A stretch of DNA of 63,377 bases, counting the filler, from Choristocarpus tenellus KU-1152 (lineage: Eukaryota > Protista > Phaeophyceae), in NCBI GenBank assembly GCA_964200185.2. It is 13 parts of 13 records of this genome, joined end to end, with 100 filler letters (N's around TTAATTAATTAA, not from the genome) between each part and the next. Parts side by side here need not be neighbours in the genome. Positions count along the whole stretch, not along the records: positions 26,861 to 37,201 come from CAXNAD020002980.1; positions 37,302 to 41,775 come from CAXNAD020014389.1; 11 more parts are not named here. The stretch is one strand, 5' to 3'. Positions 26,861 to 38,905 of this stretch are shown here, in pieces; the first letter of the stretch is position 1, and each line of letters begins with the position of its first letter. The position numbers and the translations under genes are program-made. Below the pieces are notes generated by a model. That model saw nothing but the letters and a program-made list of their open reading frames with translations. It ran no database searches and was not told the origin of the DNA.

Positions 26861-26937
26861 GCAACTGCCCTTTTCCTGGTTGTGCCCCAACTCGACCCCC
26901 TTGTGTTGGCCCCCCCCCCCCCCAGATACGTTGGGCC
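26861..26937 (+). mobile_element. MITE family B, partial, at contig start
   Basis: CTTTTCCTGGTTGTGCCCCAA...C-run AGATACGTTGGGCC matches the long-spacer end of family B. Confidence 0.75.
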
Positions 26938-27346
26938 TGATGTTCTCTATGTAGCCTGTGTTTCTCACACGCACATGTTAGAGAGCGATATCATTTCATT
27001 CCTTACCCACCTATCCATTTTATCCACCACACGTCCAATATGCTGGACCTCCTAACAGCACTACATTATGATGTTTGTGAATCAATCTACTTCTCATCCG
27101 CAGTTAGCTTGCAGTGCACACGACCCTATCTCTTCGCTAGGCACCAGAGACATGATTCCAACAAAGCAAACTTGCGAGGGGGAAAATACAAGCAACCGCC
27201 ATACCATCAAACCTGTCAATATATCAATCTCAATGGAATACATGGTTGCACGCTTTCCTTGGCAACCTCAACAAAGCATAAGACTGAGGGGGAGAAACAC
27301 ACCTATTTATGTGATATAGCAATTCAAATTCGTTGTCCACACGTAC

Positions 27347-28827
27347 ATGATCTGGGTTGTGAGAGAGTAATTCGATAACAGTCCCTGTCCCACTGGTGAT
27401 TCAGTTACCCAGGCCGTCACTGTGCCCAAGCTCCAATCTCCAACTGTGTTCCCCCCCATGTCCTGTACAAGGTGGGTAGGTGATTGGGGTGAAAGTTATC
27501 ACAAAGGTTGGTGGTTTAGATTGTAAGGCCAACTTGAATAATAGATTATTCACCTGGCCATATGGATAGTGATCAGAGATGCTCATGCTTTCAGTTGGAC
27601 TCATGATTCCCTGTATGTGAGCGGTATGTAGGAGAACACGGCATGAGCTTCAAGTCTGCCAAAGCCCTCACCACGTTCTAGAGTGAAGAACCTTTAGCTC
27701 GACAAGCTTGTAAGTCCATAGGCTTGGATGTAACTCCACAATATTTGCAACATATTTCCAGAACCAATTTATAGTCTTCTCAGACTATGGCTGTCATGCG
27801 TGCTTCATCCCTCATCTATATTCCACCCCACAAGCCACAGCTGCCCCTGATTACTTACTGGTCTCATGCCCTACTCCACGCCTTCAATCTACATGCATTG
27901 GAGCCGTGAATGGCAAGTAATTATATATGTTTTCGTTCGAATTACTTTGGGTGAGTATACACGATTGAAAAATAGAGGAGAAAGATGCATGCCACAGACA
28001 AGCGACTATTTTCCTGTATCTGACCTGAATTGCAATGACTGGGGGGTAGTCAAATGGCATGCCTCCTGTCATTGTCCCGACGGGGCTGCTGAGGGCGATC
28101 GCATGAGGCTCCCCAACCTCTACACCAAAGGGTTCACTGTCCACCCAGGCAACCCCGATCCCTTTCGAGGAAAAAGCAACAAAGCGGGCGATAAAACTCA
28201 GCCCTGCCTCGTTGACGTATAACCCAGCAAAGATTCCCTTACCCTGTTGACCCACAAAGCTTGCTGCTCCATCAATGGGATTACTCGAGGAGCCATACCA
28301 GAGGGATGAGGAGCCTGTAGGACTCGATATCATCTCTGCAGTAACGTAGCCCTTGATGGCATGAGGATAGCATCAAACCGAAGGGATATCTACTGTAAGG
28401 GTCGCGACATAATGCGGGAGGACTTAAGAAAAGCACTCGTGGCATATATCCGAAGGCTCACGATAGCTAGAGAACTTGGTTCCTACTCCTTGGGAATGGA
28501 ACATGGCACCATTCCTGGATATGCAAGCATGCGAAAATCATATCCTCTGCTTCGAAGTACAAAACAACATAACTGCTCTATTGTCCGTCGTACCTCAAAA
28601 GAGGTCGCAAGATCCTCCCCATGGCCGTCCAATATCTCCACTTGTGGTTGTTCCTCGAAAGGTTCACCCCCAAAGCCCCTCCCAGGTTGAACCCTTACTC
28701 TGAGAGTGTACGAATCCGTAGTGGCAAACACGCACAGAAGAATCAAGGCCAACAGTCCAGTCGCTAGAGATGTACGGCAGGACACCGCCCGAAATGGAAA
28801 GGAGTGACTTTGCCTCTGCAATTCCAT
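27347..28827 (-). CDS. Secreted or surface protein with repeated beta-rich 'QP' modules; first three exons (28827-28594, 28351-28025, 27462-27347), 3'-partial
   Basis: Hydrophobic leader LATGLLALILLCVFATT, then LRVRVQPGRGFGGEPFEEQPQVEILDGHGE..FE | GYVTAEM...GIFAGLYVNEAG..F..VDSEPFGVEVGEPHAIALSSPVGTMTGGMPFDYPPVIAIQ | DMGGNTVGDWSLGTVTA. The module GG.PF..QP.v.i.D..G recurs and the GT-AG phases match. Confidence 0.75.
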
Positions 28828-29259
28828 ATTCCCATCTACACGTCCTAAGCCGCATCTTCCAACTAAGTCCATGAATCGGCGTGATTGACACCCATGGGGG
28901 ATTGACGTTCTTAACAATCCTAGATTAGATGACCTAGTCCGGATGTATGTTTTGTGGACAGGCCGCAAGTGGACTGCATAGACGGTTTACCCCAAGAAAA
29001 TGGAGAAAGAAAAAGAGAGGGAAGGATAAGGTTTTGGCTGTGTGAAGATGGATGGTGTGTTTACTCTTTCGCAAATGCGCATTTCATAGATCTATCAAAC
29101 TCCCTGATCGTTCCCCGCCTGTGTAACCGTCAACTGTTTCAGTGAGGAGTCCCTGAATAGCACACCAACACGTCACCAAGGTGGTGGTAAAAAACCTCCA
29201 TTGCCAACCCTGGAGGGAGAGTTGCCGATCCCTTTCACTTCCATTGTGAACAGGAAGAG

Positions 29260-31633
29260 ATGGGATCGCCTATGGAGCCTGAGGGATTCAAGTCAGCATT
29301 GCGGAGTATGGAAACATCACATCGTTCCACACTTATTCTTCGATCTAAGGTTGTGGTTGTGGGAGACGCTTGTGTGGGGAAGACGGCGTTGATGCAGATG
29401 CTGAAGAGCGGTGGGCACGACTACCCCAAGAATTACATTATGGTAGGCAATATCCGCTCTGTGTGCCTTCTCCCCTCGCCTGCCTCACATCTTAGTAATT
29501 GTGGAAGCAAATAAGAGTGCGTTCCTTCCCCCTCTTATTTTAGTCGATTTAGAACCAGAGGGGAGTTTATTACCTGTCGGCTATGCCTACTAATGAACGA
29601 TTGCAATGTAGGACTGTGGAATATATTCACCCCAAGAAGTAGGATCTGTTCAAGTTCTAGATCCGGCTATCTAGACCTCTGGATTTGAATTTCCTCATGG
29701 CTTTGCTAAAATCTGTCCACCTGCTTCCTTCCTATCTTCGGGATATGGGGCTACAGACTATCGGAGTTGACTTTGGGGTCAAAGAGATCAAGATCCCAAA
29801 CACAGACTGCATGGTGGAGCTATACCTTTTTGACTGTGCAGGGCAGAGTATGTTCAACAAGCTCGAGCAGGTATATGCCATTCAACTAAAGGCATTCTAA
29901 ATCCATTTGGGAAGGCGCTTCTACCAAGACACTAACAACGCTATAGGTACTTGTGCGAAACTTTATACATGTGCTCTATCCCCCCATCACCTCCATCTGC
30001 CTCTGAGACAGTATGGTGCTAACCTAAAACTCCACTTGTGAACCCCACTCTGAGAAAAATAAAGAGTGCAGCATACTATGATAATGCAGCATTTGTGTGT
30101 GTGGTCTTCGATGTGAGCAACCGCGACTCTTTTGAGAGTTGTGGAAAGTGGATTCAGAGTGTACGGGCAGCACGACCACCATCATCAACAACTCCCCTTC
30201 CAGGAGTGGTATTAGCCAACAAGGTCGACTTGAGAGAGGGGGGTGTCAACTCAAGGGCCGTTGTCAACACTCAGGTATGCAAACTACCCATTGAATCCTA
30301 CCACATGCTTGTTTGGGGATCTAGAAGGTGGAAACGGCAGATTGTAGGGTACAACAATTCACAATACTAAGGAGGGATGGAGATGTGTTGTCATCCTTCC
30401 AGTGACTCAGTTCCTCGCCTGCATCACATCTGCTTGCCCTCCCCCTCTCAGACCCCCTCTCCTCTTTGTCAAATTGGTCAATTGTAACCCTCCTGTTTGA
30501 GAGTGTGTCCAGAGTTCAACAAAGGCCAATTACACACTTCAGATTGCTCTTCCCTATGCTTCCTCTTTCTGTAGACACTTCTGTCCTCCAGTGAGTATTG
30601 TTAAGATTTGAAAAGATTAGTTAGCAGAAAAATCCCACAAGTTTTTGTTTTTTGGTAAGGGTGCTCATCAGATTTTCGAATACCCATTAAAAAAAATTGG
30701 CTCGAATACTTGGTTTATCAAAGGGAGGGGGTTGCACACTTCTCTCACAACAGTCCTGGGGTTCCCAAGCTACAGAGGGGGTGTTCAGAAAACTTCAAAT
30801 GTGTTAAAAGTAGATATGCCGATGGCTCTAAGTTGCCTTCAGCTTGTCAAAATCAATCTTGATTCCTACTGTGCATCTCCTACTGAAAGCCATATTTTGA
30901 ATATCCTCTTGCTGCCAAAAAAAACATGGAACAGGAAGGCCACCAGTTTGCCCGAGATAATGATCTTGAATATTTTGAAGTGTCAGCTGCAACGGGCAGG
31001 GGTGTAGAAGCCTCGTTTGACCACATGGCCTTGCAGTTCCATCAAACGTGAGTGCAAGAGGGTAAGGGGTAGTGCACAACCCAGGGATTCAAGATTGTCA
31101 GCTGGTTACCTGTCACGCCCTGCAGTAGGTAATTAAGGTAGTTGTGGTTGTGCCAAACATGTCGCAAAAATCGTAGATCGCTAGAGTGATCCACCCCTGA
31201 CCAACTGCCAACCCATGAGGATCTGCACAATTGGGGACCTGTTCGGGTTCCAATCAATCCTTGGCCCAGGATTGTGTAGTGAACAGGGTACACAACTATA
31301 GATGTACTTACAAGTCAAGATGGCGTTAACATATTGACAATAATACGCTGGACTTGATAGCGTGTTGTGAGTCAGTCGAATCTATCACCATACATTAAAT
31401 TGGCTCAAAACATTTGGCATGTACTCAGAAATATCGAAATTCATACATGCAAGCAAAAGAGGTGAGGTGAGGCAATTAGCAAAGCAAGGATGTTTGAACC
31501 AAACCATTCAGCACATATATATATGCAAGTAGTAATAACCCTCTTGCCTCAGCATGCACAAACTAAGGCTTCCTCCTCACTTCCCAGGTATGAGGACACC
31601 GTGCAACGGGCTGAGGGAAATAGTCGCCAATGA
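29260..31633 (+). CDS. IFT27: Intraflagellar transport protein 27 (Rab-like 4 small GTPase), complete; exons 29260-29442, 29757-29870, 30065-30274, 30935-31047, 31588-31633
   Basis: LRSKVVVVGDACVGKTALMQMLKSGGHDYPKNYIM | TIGVDFGVKEIKIPNTDCMVELYLFDCAGQ | ...VFDVSNRDSFESCGKW...PGVVLANKVDL | ...YFEVSAA..VEASF | TYEDTVQRAEGNSRQ*. G1-G5 motifs, the IFT27-typical 'PKNY.MT.G' and 'VELYLFD.AG', and no C-terminal prenylation cysteine. Confidence 0.92.
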
Positions 31634-32052
31634 CAAGAGGGGCTACAAGGTTCCCACAATATGGAACAAGCACTGGTGTCCATCTTGGGTCATGAAAAAA
31701 AGGCAAAAAAAGGCTACTAGGTGCATTAGCCTAACAGATGGTGACAGGGCAACCGAGAGAAACGCCTTCAAGCAGCTCACTGGCAATGCTCCACTCTTGC
31801 ACCCTCAATGATAGGTTTCACTCACTTGGAGGGGGTGAACCAAGAATGAGGCACAAAAATCCATCAGATACCTCAGGGCCAACTGAATGTCAGTTTTGCT
31901 TCTTTCAGCACAGTATAAGCAAGGACACGATGTGGAACAATAGCTGATTTGGGCAGGCCAAGCGCATTGAGGAGGGGAGGGGGTGGAGAAAGTGCAGGGC
32001 AGTTAAATCAACTTATCCAATGTTTAGCTGTAAGATGCGGTGTATAAACTGC

Positions 32053-32116
32053 ACACAGTCAGAAACACAGTCAGAAACACACACAGAAACACACACAGAA
32101 ACACACACAGAAACAC
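32053..32116. repeat. Short 12-bp tandem repeat, (ACACAGAAACAC)-like, ~5 units
   Basis: ACACAGTCAGAAACACAGTCAGAAACACACACAGAAACACACACAGAAACACACACAGAAACAC. Confidence 0.85.
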
Positions 32117-34697
32117 CTGCAAAGTGTCCACAATATTGCCACTGCTTGGGCAAGTACCCTCTCCCTCTTGAAGCAAGTGCAGAAAAAGGAATTAGTCAGA
32201 CTACTTGCAAAAGATATGAAAATGCAATAGATGTAAGAGAATTGGTACGATGTAAAAGCAATAGATATCACCACACTTCATTCATCCTTGCCATTCATTA
32301 ACTGTGACAGCATATCTGTGCTGAAGCGAATATTACTTCGAGACGACAGCAGTATGTTCAGGAACTTGATGATTCACGGACATTGGCATCATCCAGCAAA
32401 AATTCCTGTGATCATCAAGCTTAGTCCTAAATGACAAAAGATAGCTGTTCCCTATGTGAAACTCATTTGTCAGATTAAGCAACAGAAATCACAGTGCCCT
32501 AAATGAAAACCAAGTCCTTGCGGGTTGAACTGATGGCTGTGTTTCTGGAAGAAATAACATTCTTGCTCATTGGATGAATTGTACACTATATTCCCTCCAA
32601 CAAAGTGTTTTTTACTGGCAGAAAAAAAACTCCATGGGGTTGAAATATAAAAATCAAGGGCATTCTCACCTAAGAACAAATGAGAAGGTCAAAGCCACTG
32701 ATCTGTCTGCCCTCTAGGGCACATCAATATTTTTACAGTCCTTGCACTCCTACCTTCCCTTCCAATGTAATCCTCTCAAACCACGCACTCTTCATAGAGA
32801 CGGCCACCCTTGTCTGTGAGTGCCTCCCTTCACCATTTGCTGAGGATACGTTCACCTCTCTCAGAACCAGATGCATTGGCTACATTGACAAAAGAAATGA
32901 GGGGTGTTCTGCTAAATCGGCAGAGGTTCCGAAGGTGGTGGACAACCTATCCTCATGTTCTGTTCAGCACGTTACTGCAACTGTATGTGGATCCAGAAGT
33001 GCACAGGTATAGAGCAGTGCCTGAGAGAGTTTCCCCAGTGTAAGTTGCCTTGGTGTGGTCCAGTGGTATGTATGCACATCTATGTGTGCCAGCCTACAGG
33101 TATGGGAGGAGAGAAATGACATGGATTAAACTCGGTAGATGAATCCATCTAGATATATTCTATGAGATCGCATAGTAGTGATAACCCTACCATCTGAAAA
33201 TGCATCAATAATTGCTTCTATTCTTTTTACACAACCCCTGTGGTCACCCCCGAGAATGTAGACCAAAATATCAACCCATGATCTATTTTATCCTTTGTGT
33301 GTGCAAAACCTGCTGCTAGATAAGACCAGGATCCGTCATTTTTCTGAACAGGTCAAAATTTTCAAACTATTGCACAATCAGTACAGTTGTTCAAATGCTG
33401 TGGAGCACTACAGGGGAAAAGCAACAAGTGCTTCAGATTACTACGACAATGTAGGATTGCATAACATGGAGTATAAGCAAGACTGCATTTCCGACAAAAC
33501 AAGATACCAGTACATGTATAGGTACACATCTGTGGCAGAGGCAAATACTCAGGGAACAGCTCTCAATCTCATCTGATCGGAGTCTGGGAGGGGGTTAGGT
33601 ACAGCCTGCCGACCAGGTTGACATAGTCGTGAACTACTCTTCGAGCATACCATTATGCTACTCCTCCCCTATAGACTTGAGGGTTTTCCATACAAGGTAC
33701 GAGGGGGAAATGCCCTGAAATCGACTTCAAAACAGGACATTTTGTGGTCGATGGCACATGTACATATACCCCCAATGAAGGGAATGCTGCACCCAGCCAA
33801 ATCACACCTTAGTCAAGGGACCTTGTCGCAATATCAATGAAGATGTTCTTAGCCCCTTATATTCACCAACACTCTTTGCATATCTCTTTTGCGCTTCGTC
33901 TGTTGGTGTTGCCAGCACACTGCATTTTTGAAATGGTCAGAAGGATTGCCTGCAAACTTGCAGTCGGGAATGAAAATGATAGTCGAGCGAAGATAATCTC
34001 ATGCGAAGAGACTAATGCTCCAGACAAAGGGATGATTTGGTTACATGAGCAGGTTCTCCTAGGCACTGAGGTTTGCGTGTTGAATATTCTCATTGTAAAT
34101 TGCAAACGGTATGTAGAAAGTCGTCACCACTCGGGAGCACTATCCTCTCTCAATTCTTAAAGAAGAATAGCAAGCTTACCATTCAATCTGTTCCTTGTTA
34201 TCTCCTCCTCTGAAAAGTGATCACCTGATGAGGCTTGCCTGGAACTGGGCACAAATTCGCCACCTCTTCAAAGGTAGAGATAAGAATTACTTTTCCACAA
34301 TCGTATTTTCCACAATCGCATGGAAAATAGCCAATCCTCCACAGCTCCATGCCAGAATTCCCTGGTACTACTGTGATTGTGCGAGGTGCTTTCCCCACCA
34401 TCCTCGACTTTCCCGCAGATTGGCAGAGGGGCTGTGGTGGCATCAAAACCCCATGATAACGACGACTCTCAACAGGCTTCATCTATTAGGCAAAGGTCAT
34501 TGCCAGCGATCCATCCAGCAGATAGTGCTGATGAGGACAGGAATGGGGAGGTTGTGGAACGTTGTTAGGTAATGATAGTTATATAGTGTAACAATAGGTG
34601 GAGGAATGCTTTAGAATTTAAACGATGCAATGTATATAAGTGGAACTCCTCAAGGTATTATACAACACATCTTTAAACTTCCTAAACTTGAAAGAAC

Positions 34698-37135
34698 ATG
34701 GGGGTATTTCTAGTGTTGGCGGTCATCCTGGCAGCACCGACAGTGGTATGGCTCCTGACCTACCTCTGTGAGTGTGTCCTTCCACCCGATAAGGTCTCCG
34801 TGCATATGAAACCCTGCTACGAATTTCTGCCCTGACTTTCCAACCAACTCACCTGTTTCGCATGTGCTGATGATGAACCCAGTGCCTCTCATCGCCGTCG
34901 CTCTACTCCCAATCCAGAACCTTAAAAACAAATATGGCGCAGACTGGGCCTTAGTCACGGTGAGGTGTCGATCCCCATTTCCCCTGAGCCGCAAGCATTC
35001 CTGTTATTGCTTGAAACCTACGGACCACCATAGCACATCTCTCGAAGTCTCACCCTAAGGCTCGCACCGAAAATTGGGAAAGAGCATTTCAATATTTCAT
35101 GAACGTGTATGACCTAATATGTGCAAGGCCTCAATTTCGCCCAAATCATTCTGTCTGCAAATCACAAGTTCTTCATCATCGCCAGGATCACACACTCTCA
35201 TCTCTACTTGTAGTTACCTACCTCACTAACAAGGCCTCGTACTCGATTAAAGGTTCTCCACCTTCTTTAATCCTCCCTGCTACTCGTGTATCCTGGGTGT
35301 TGAATTGATCGAACAGGGTGGAGGGACAGGTATTGGGAAGGCACTGGTGGAGGCTCTAGCACTACAAGGTTTCAATGTAGTAATTGTGTCAATGGACGAT
35401 AAGTTCTTGGCTGAAACGCACGCTGCAGTGGCCGCTCAATTCCCTGAACAGAAGTTCCGGAAAGTTGGGGCTACGTTCTCTCCAGGAGTGAACTACCTTG
35501 AACAAATTGTGTGAGTAAGAATGCTCTACAACAGCAAATAGGACAGTATTTTAGACAGGCTAGTATTGAGTGAGAAACAAACCAATGGTAGCAATTTATT
35601 GGCAATGTTGGACTTTAGGCTACGCTTAACAGGTGACTGTTTGTAGTTTGGAACAAAGAGGACAACCCCATCAAATTTTGTGCCAATAATGATGGGCAAT
35701 ATCCCCAGTGATACCATCTTTAGTGTAGGTGATTTGCTTACCTAACCCATCTTTGCATCTAGCAACTCAAAGGGCTTCCCCTAGACCAGTTAAAGTTTGA
35801 AAGATGACAAAGAAAATGCCCACCCCATTGCAAGTAGCATTATGTGCCACCCTGAACCCATCCCCCTTGCATCCAACCTATATATTGCCAGCAAGGCAAC
35901 AGAGGACATCAAAGTTCAGTGCGTGTTCAACAATGCCGGTTTCATTGTTACAGGCTTTTTTGACTCTTCTCCTCTTGGAAAGCAGATGGCGAACATTGAA
36001 TGCAACGCTGCAGCAGCTGCAAAGGTAAACCATCATGAGAGGCATGGTATTATTCAATAATATTTGAGTGCTCAAGTGTTTGATGTCCTTTTTCTTGTAT
36101 GTATCCCACAATGTATAGTCCCCCTGCATTGATATGATGTTCTCAGAGCCTGGAATACACATTTATTAACATGTTTGGAATTCTACATAGCTTTCATTCC
36201 ATAGTACGAGAGTGTGATCTTGCACTGCACACCTAATCCTGCTCTTGTAAGAACCAAAGTCTTCCCTCACAACACATTACCCCCAAAAGCATTTATCCCA
36301 TTGTAGTCTCACCCCCTTTACCCCCCCCTGATCCCGATGAGATTTTTAACTTACCCCTGTTCTTCTGTGATACAATGGTGTCACACAAAATACACAGATA
36401 ACACACCATTTTGTGGGAAGAATGATCAAGGAAAAGCTCAAGGGATGTGTAGTGTTCACATCCTCTGTGGTGGCATACTGCCCTTCTCCTTTCTCTGCCA
36501 TGTGAGGGGATGATGCCACTACAGCTCTATGAAGTGTTAGGTGCCATTCTACTAACGTTGGCAATTAGTGCGCCCTATTTCTTCTTCATCTATCCATCGT
36601 CTCACCTCTTGTCTTACCATAGATTTGAGAGTGCTTGACAGGCCCATATCCTGAAGTCACACTGGAGCAAATATTGTAGTATAGCACTACACCTCAAAGT
36701 TTGACCAAACTGTGGTAACTGTGGTGCTGGGTGCTCTTCGCCTTTCGTGTAGTTGTTATTTTTTTTTCTCGTCTACTCCTTTGCTTGTATATTCGATAGT
36801 GCTCTGTGCTTGATCGTGCGTAAACAAAGTTCGATTATTTCGTGAAGAGGAGAGGTGCAAGAGACAACGCAAGGTGCTTGTCGTGTGGAAGCACAGGGTA
36901 AAAACATCAAATAAATACCTGACCTTAATCAACCATTGCCTACTTTTCTTGTTTCCCTTCCATGTGTCCGTTGGAGCCCAGGTATGGCGCAACAAAGGCA
37001 TTCCTATCGAATTTTGCGGCTTCACTTGCGGTGGAGGTGACGGCCCGAGGCATTGATGTGTTGTCTATTCACCCATCCCCGGTGGCAAGCAACTTCTACC
37101 AGAACCTCGATCACAAGATTGAGCTCATGGATAAG
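34698..37135 (+). CDS. Short-chain dehydrogenase/reductase, very-long-chain 3-ketoacyl-CoA reductase / 17-beta-HSD12-like; exons 34698-34767, 34883-34959, 35317-35510, 35892-36024, 36398-36501, 36982-37135; 3'-partial
   Basis: N-terminal TM segment MGVFLVLAVILAAPTVVWLLTYL; NLKNKYGADWALVT|GGGTGIGKAL (TGxxxGIG); VFNNAG; VVFTSS; catalytic MYGATKAF (YxxxK); GIDVLSIHPSPVAS. All junctions are GT-AG and in phase. Confidence 0.92.
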
Positions 37136-37301
37136 GTGGTGCAGGCCGCCTTCTCCCCCCCCCCCCCCTCCCCCCTTGCCTACTTCTATTTCCCTCGACA
37201 ANNNNNNNNNNNNNNNNNNNNNNNNNNNNNNNNNNNNNNNNNNNNTTAATTAATTAANNNNNNNNNNNNNNNNNNNNNNNNNNNNNNNNNNNNNNNNNNN
37301 N

Positions 37302-37320
37302 CCCCCAGATACTTTGAGCC
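37302..37320. mobile_element. MITE family B terminus at contig start
   Basis: CCCCCAGATACTTTGAGCC. Confidence 0.75.
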
Positions 37321-38725
37321 CATCTGCATGCTACTTATTTGATGTCATATGAATGATCTCTATCTAGCCCTTTGTTACAAATCCCTCAGACAATGGTGTC
37401 GTATATCTATGTACTAGGCCCTGCCTGGATTTAGGGGATTGTTAGCAAAGAGAGTACCACTGACCCTTAGATGTGACCGTTGAATAATTGTTGCGTAGAC
37501 AGGCACAACTCAATTGTTTAGTGCGTTGATTAAGAGGTTCAATAATACTATTTTCACTACTACTGACATGTTTATGTATTATTGCATGCAAGAGTACGCA
37601 ATGTATTTTATTTGTGTGGTGTATCATGTCCAGTGCATCGCACATGTTACTACCAAGACGGCACATATACAATCATTAATTGTCTTATGAGGTGCAAGAT
37701 GATACGTAAAAAGCATCAACAATTATTTTTTTTCATAGTGAGTGTTGGTCCCTCCTCTTTCATTCCTCCAACTCCACATTCTATTCTTTGTCTTTGTTAT
37801 TATCATTGCAACTTTTCTGTTGTAGTAGTAGTATAGTAGTATTATGCCAACTGTTGCTTAACTTCCAATTACGGACAGAACAAAAGACATGATCAAAGTA
37901 CCATACATCAGATAAGAATAATAAAAAAGTATCCCCAAGTTAGGACTGCCTGGATAGGAAGTAGATATACATGCAACACACAACACATCCACACACAATG
38001 ACACAGAGTGGGACAGGTAGATACCAAAAACAAAAAAGTGAGCCTTCTCTATCGACCTTGAAATGCGATCAGAGTGCGCGCAAGCGCACGAACGGCGCCA
38101 GACCGGGCCTTATGTCAACTTCTCATTAAAAACAAACTGTGCCATCCATTAGAAGATACCAGTTTCGCTCTCTTTTACAGAACAGGATGGACATGAAATT
38201 CCATTTCGATTATATTTCACCCTGAATTTCAATGAGCGACTACGTTGAATTAGAAAAAATCCTGTGTTATAACACAGTAGTACGACTCTGAATAAAAAAA
38301 CCCTGAACAAATTGTTGTGACACGAGATAGTGTTACCACACAGAAAGTACAGACAATATTCTTTACATCACTATGTTTATTGCAACTATTACGCATTGCA
38401 CATATAATGTAATAGAGGTGCTACATGCTACACTCAGACATACTGCGATAAACATGCAACATGAACTACATCAAGAATTCTGCATGCAACATTTAAGATA
38501 CCGACATACAGACGACACATGAACACTGTAACCTGCAGATGGCAGTTGCGGATTCCACACTATGTTGAAGGCTCTCAACAAGTACAAGACGATACATAGC
38601 AAGCACACCTCTGACGAATATTTTGCAGTCTGCCTTCATTCATACTTCTTCAACCCCTGTCGAGACCTTAACAGAGTGTGGAATCCACAATTGCTGTCTG
38701 CAGGGCTTGGGTACATGTTGAACAT

Positions 38726-38905
38726 GGCTCAAAGTATCTGGGGGGGGGTTGGCGGCTGTCCATTTGGAATAGATTTTTTCATGTCGCGATTTTTGCGTCA
38801 TTTGGTTGCATACGTTGGATGGATAATGTAAATGCGCTTTTCCTGGTTATGCCTCGAATGGACACCCTGGTGTAGACCCCCCTTCCCCCCTAGATACTTT
38901 GGGTC
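38726..38905 (+). mobile_element. MITE family B, full-length copy
   Basis: GGCTCAAAGTATCTGGGGGGGG ... CCCCCTAGATACTTTGGGTC; interior conserved with the other copies. Confidence 0.9.
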
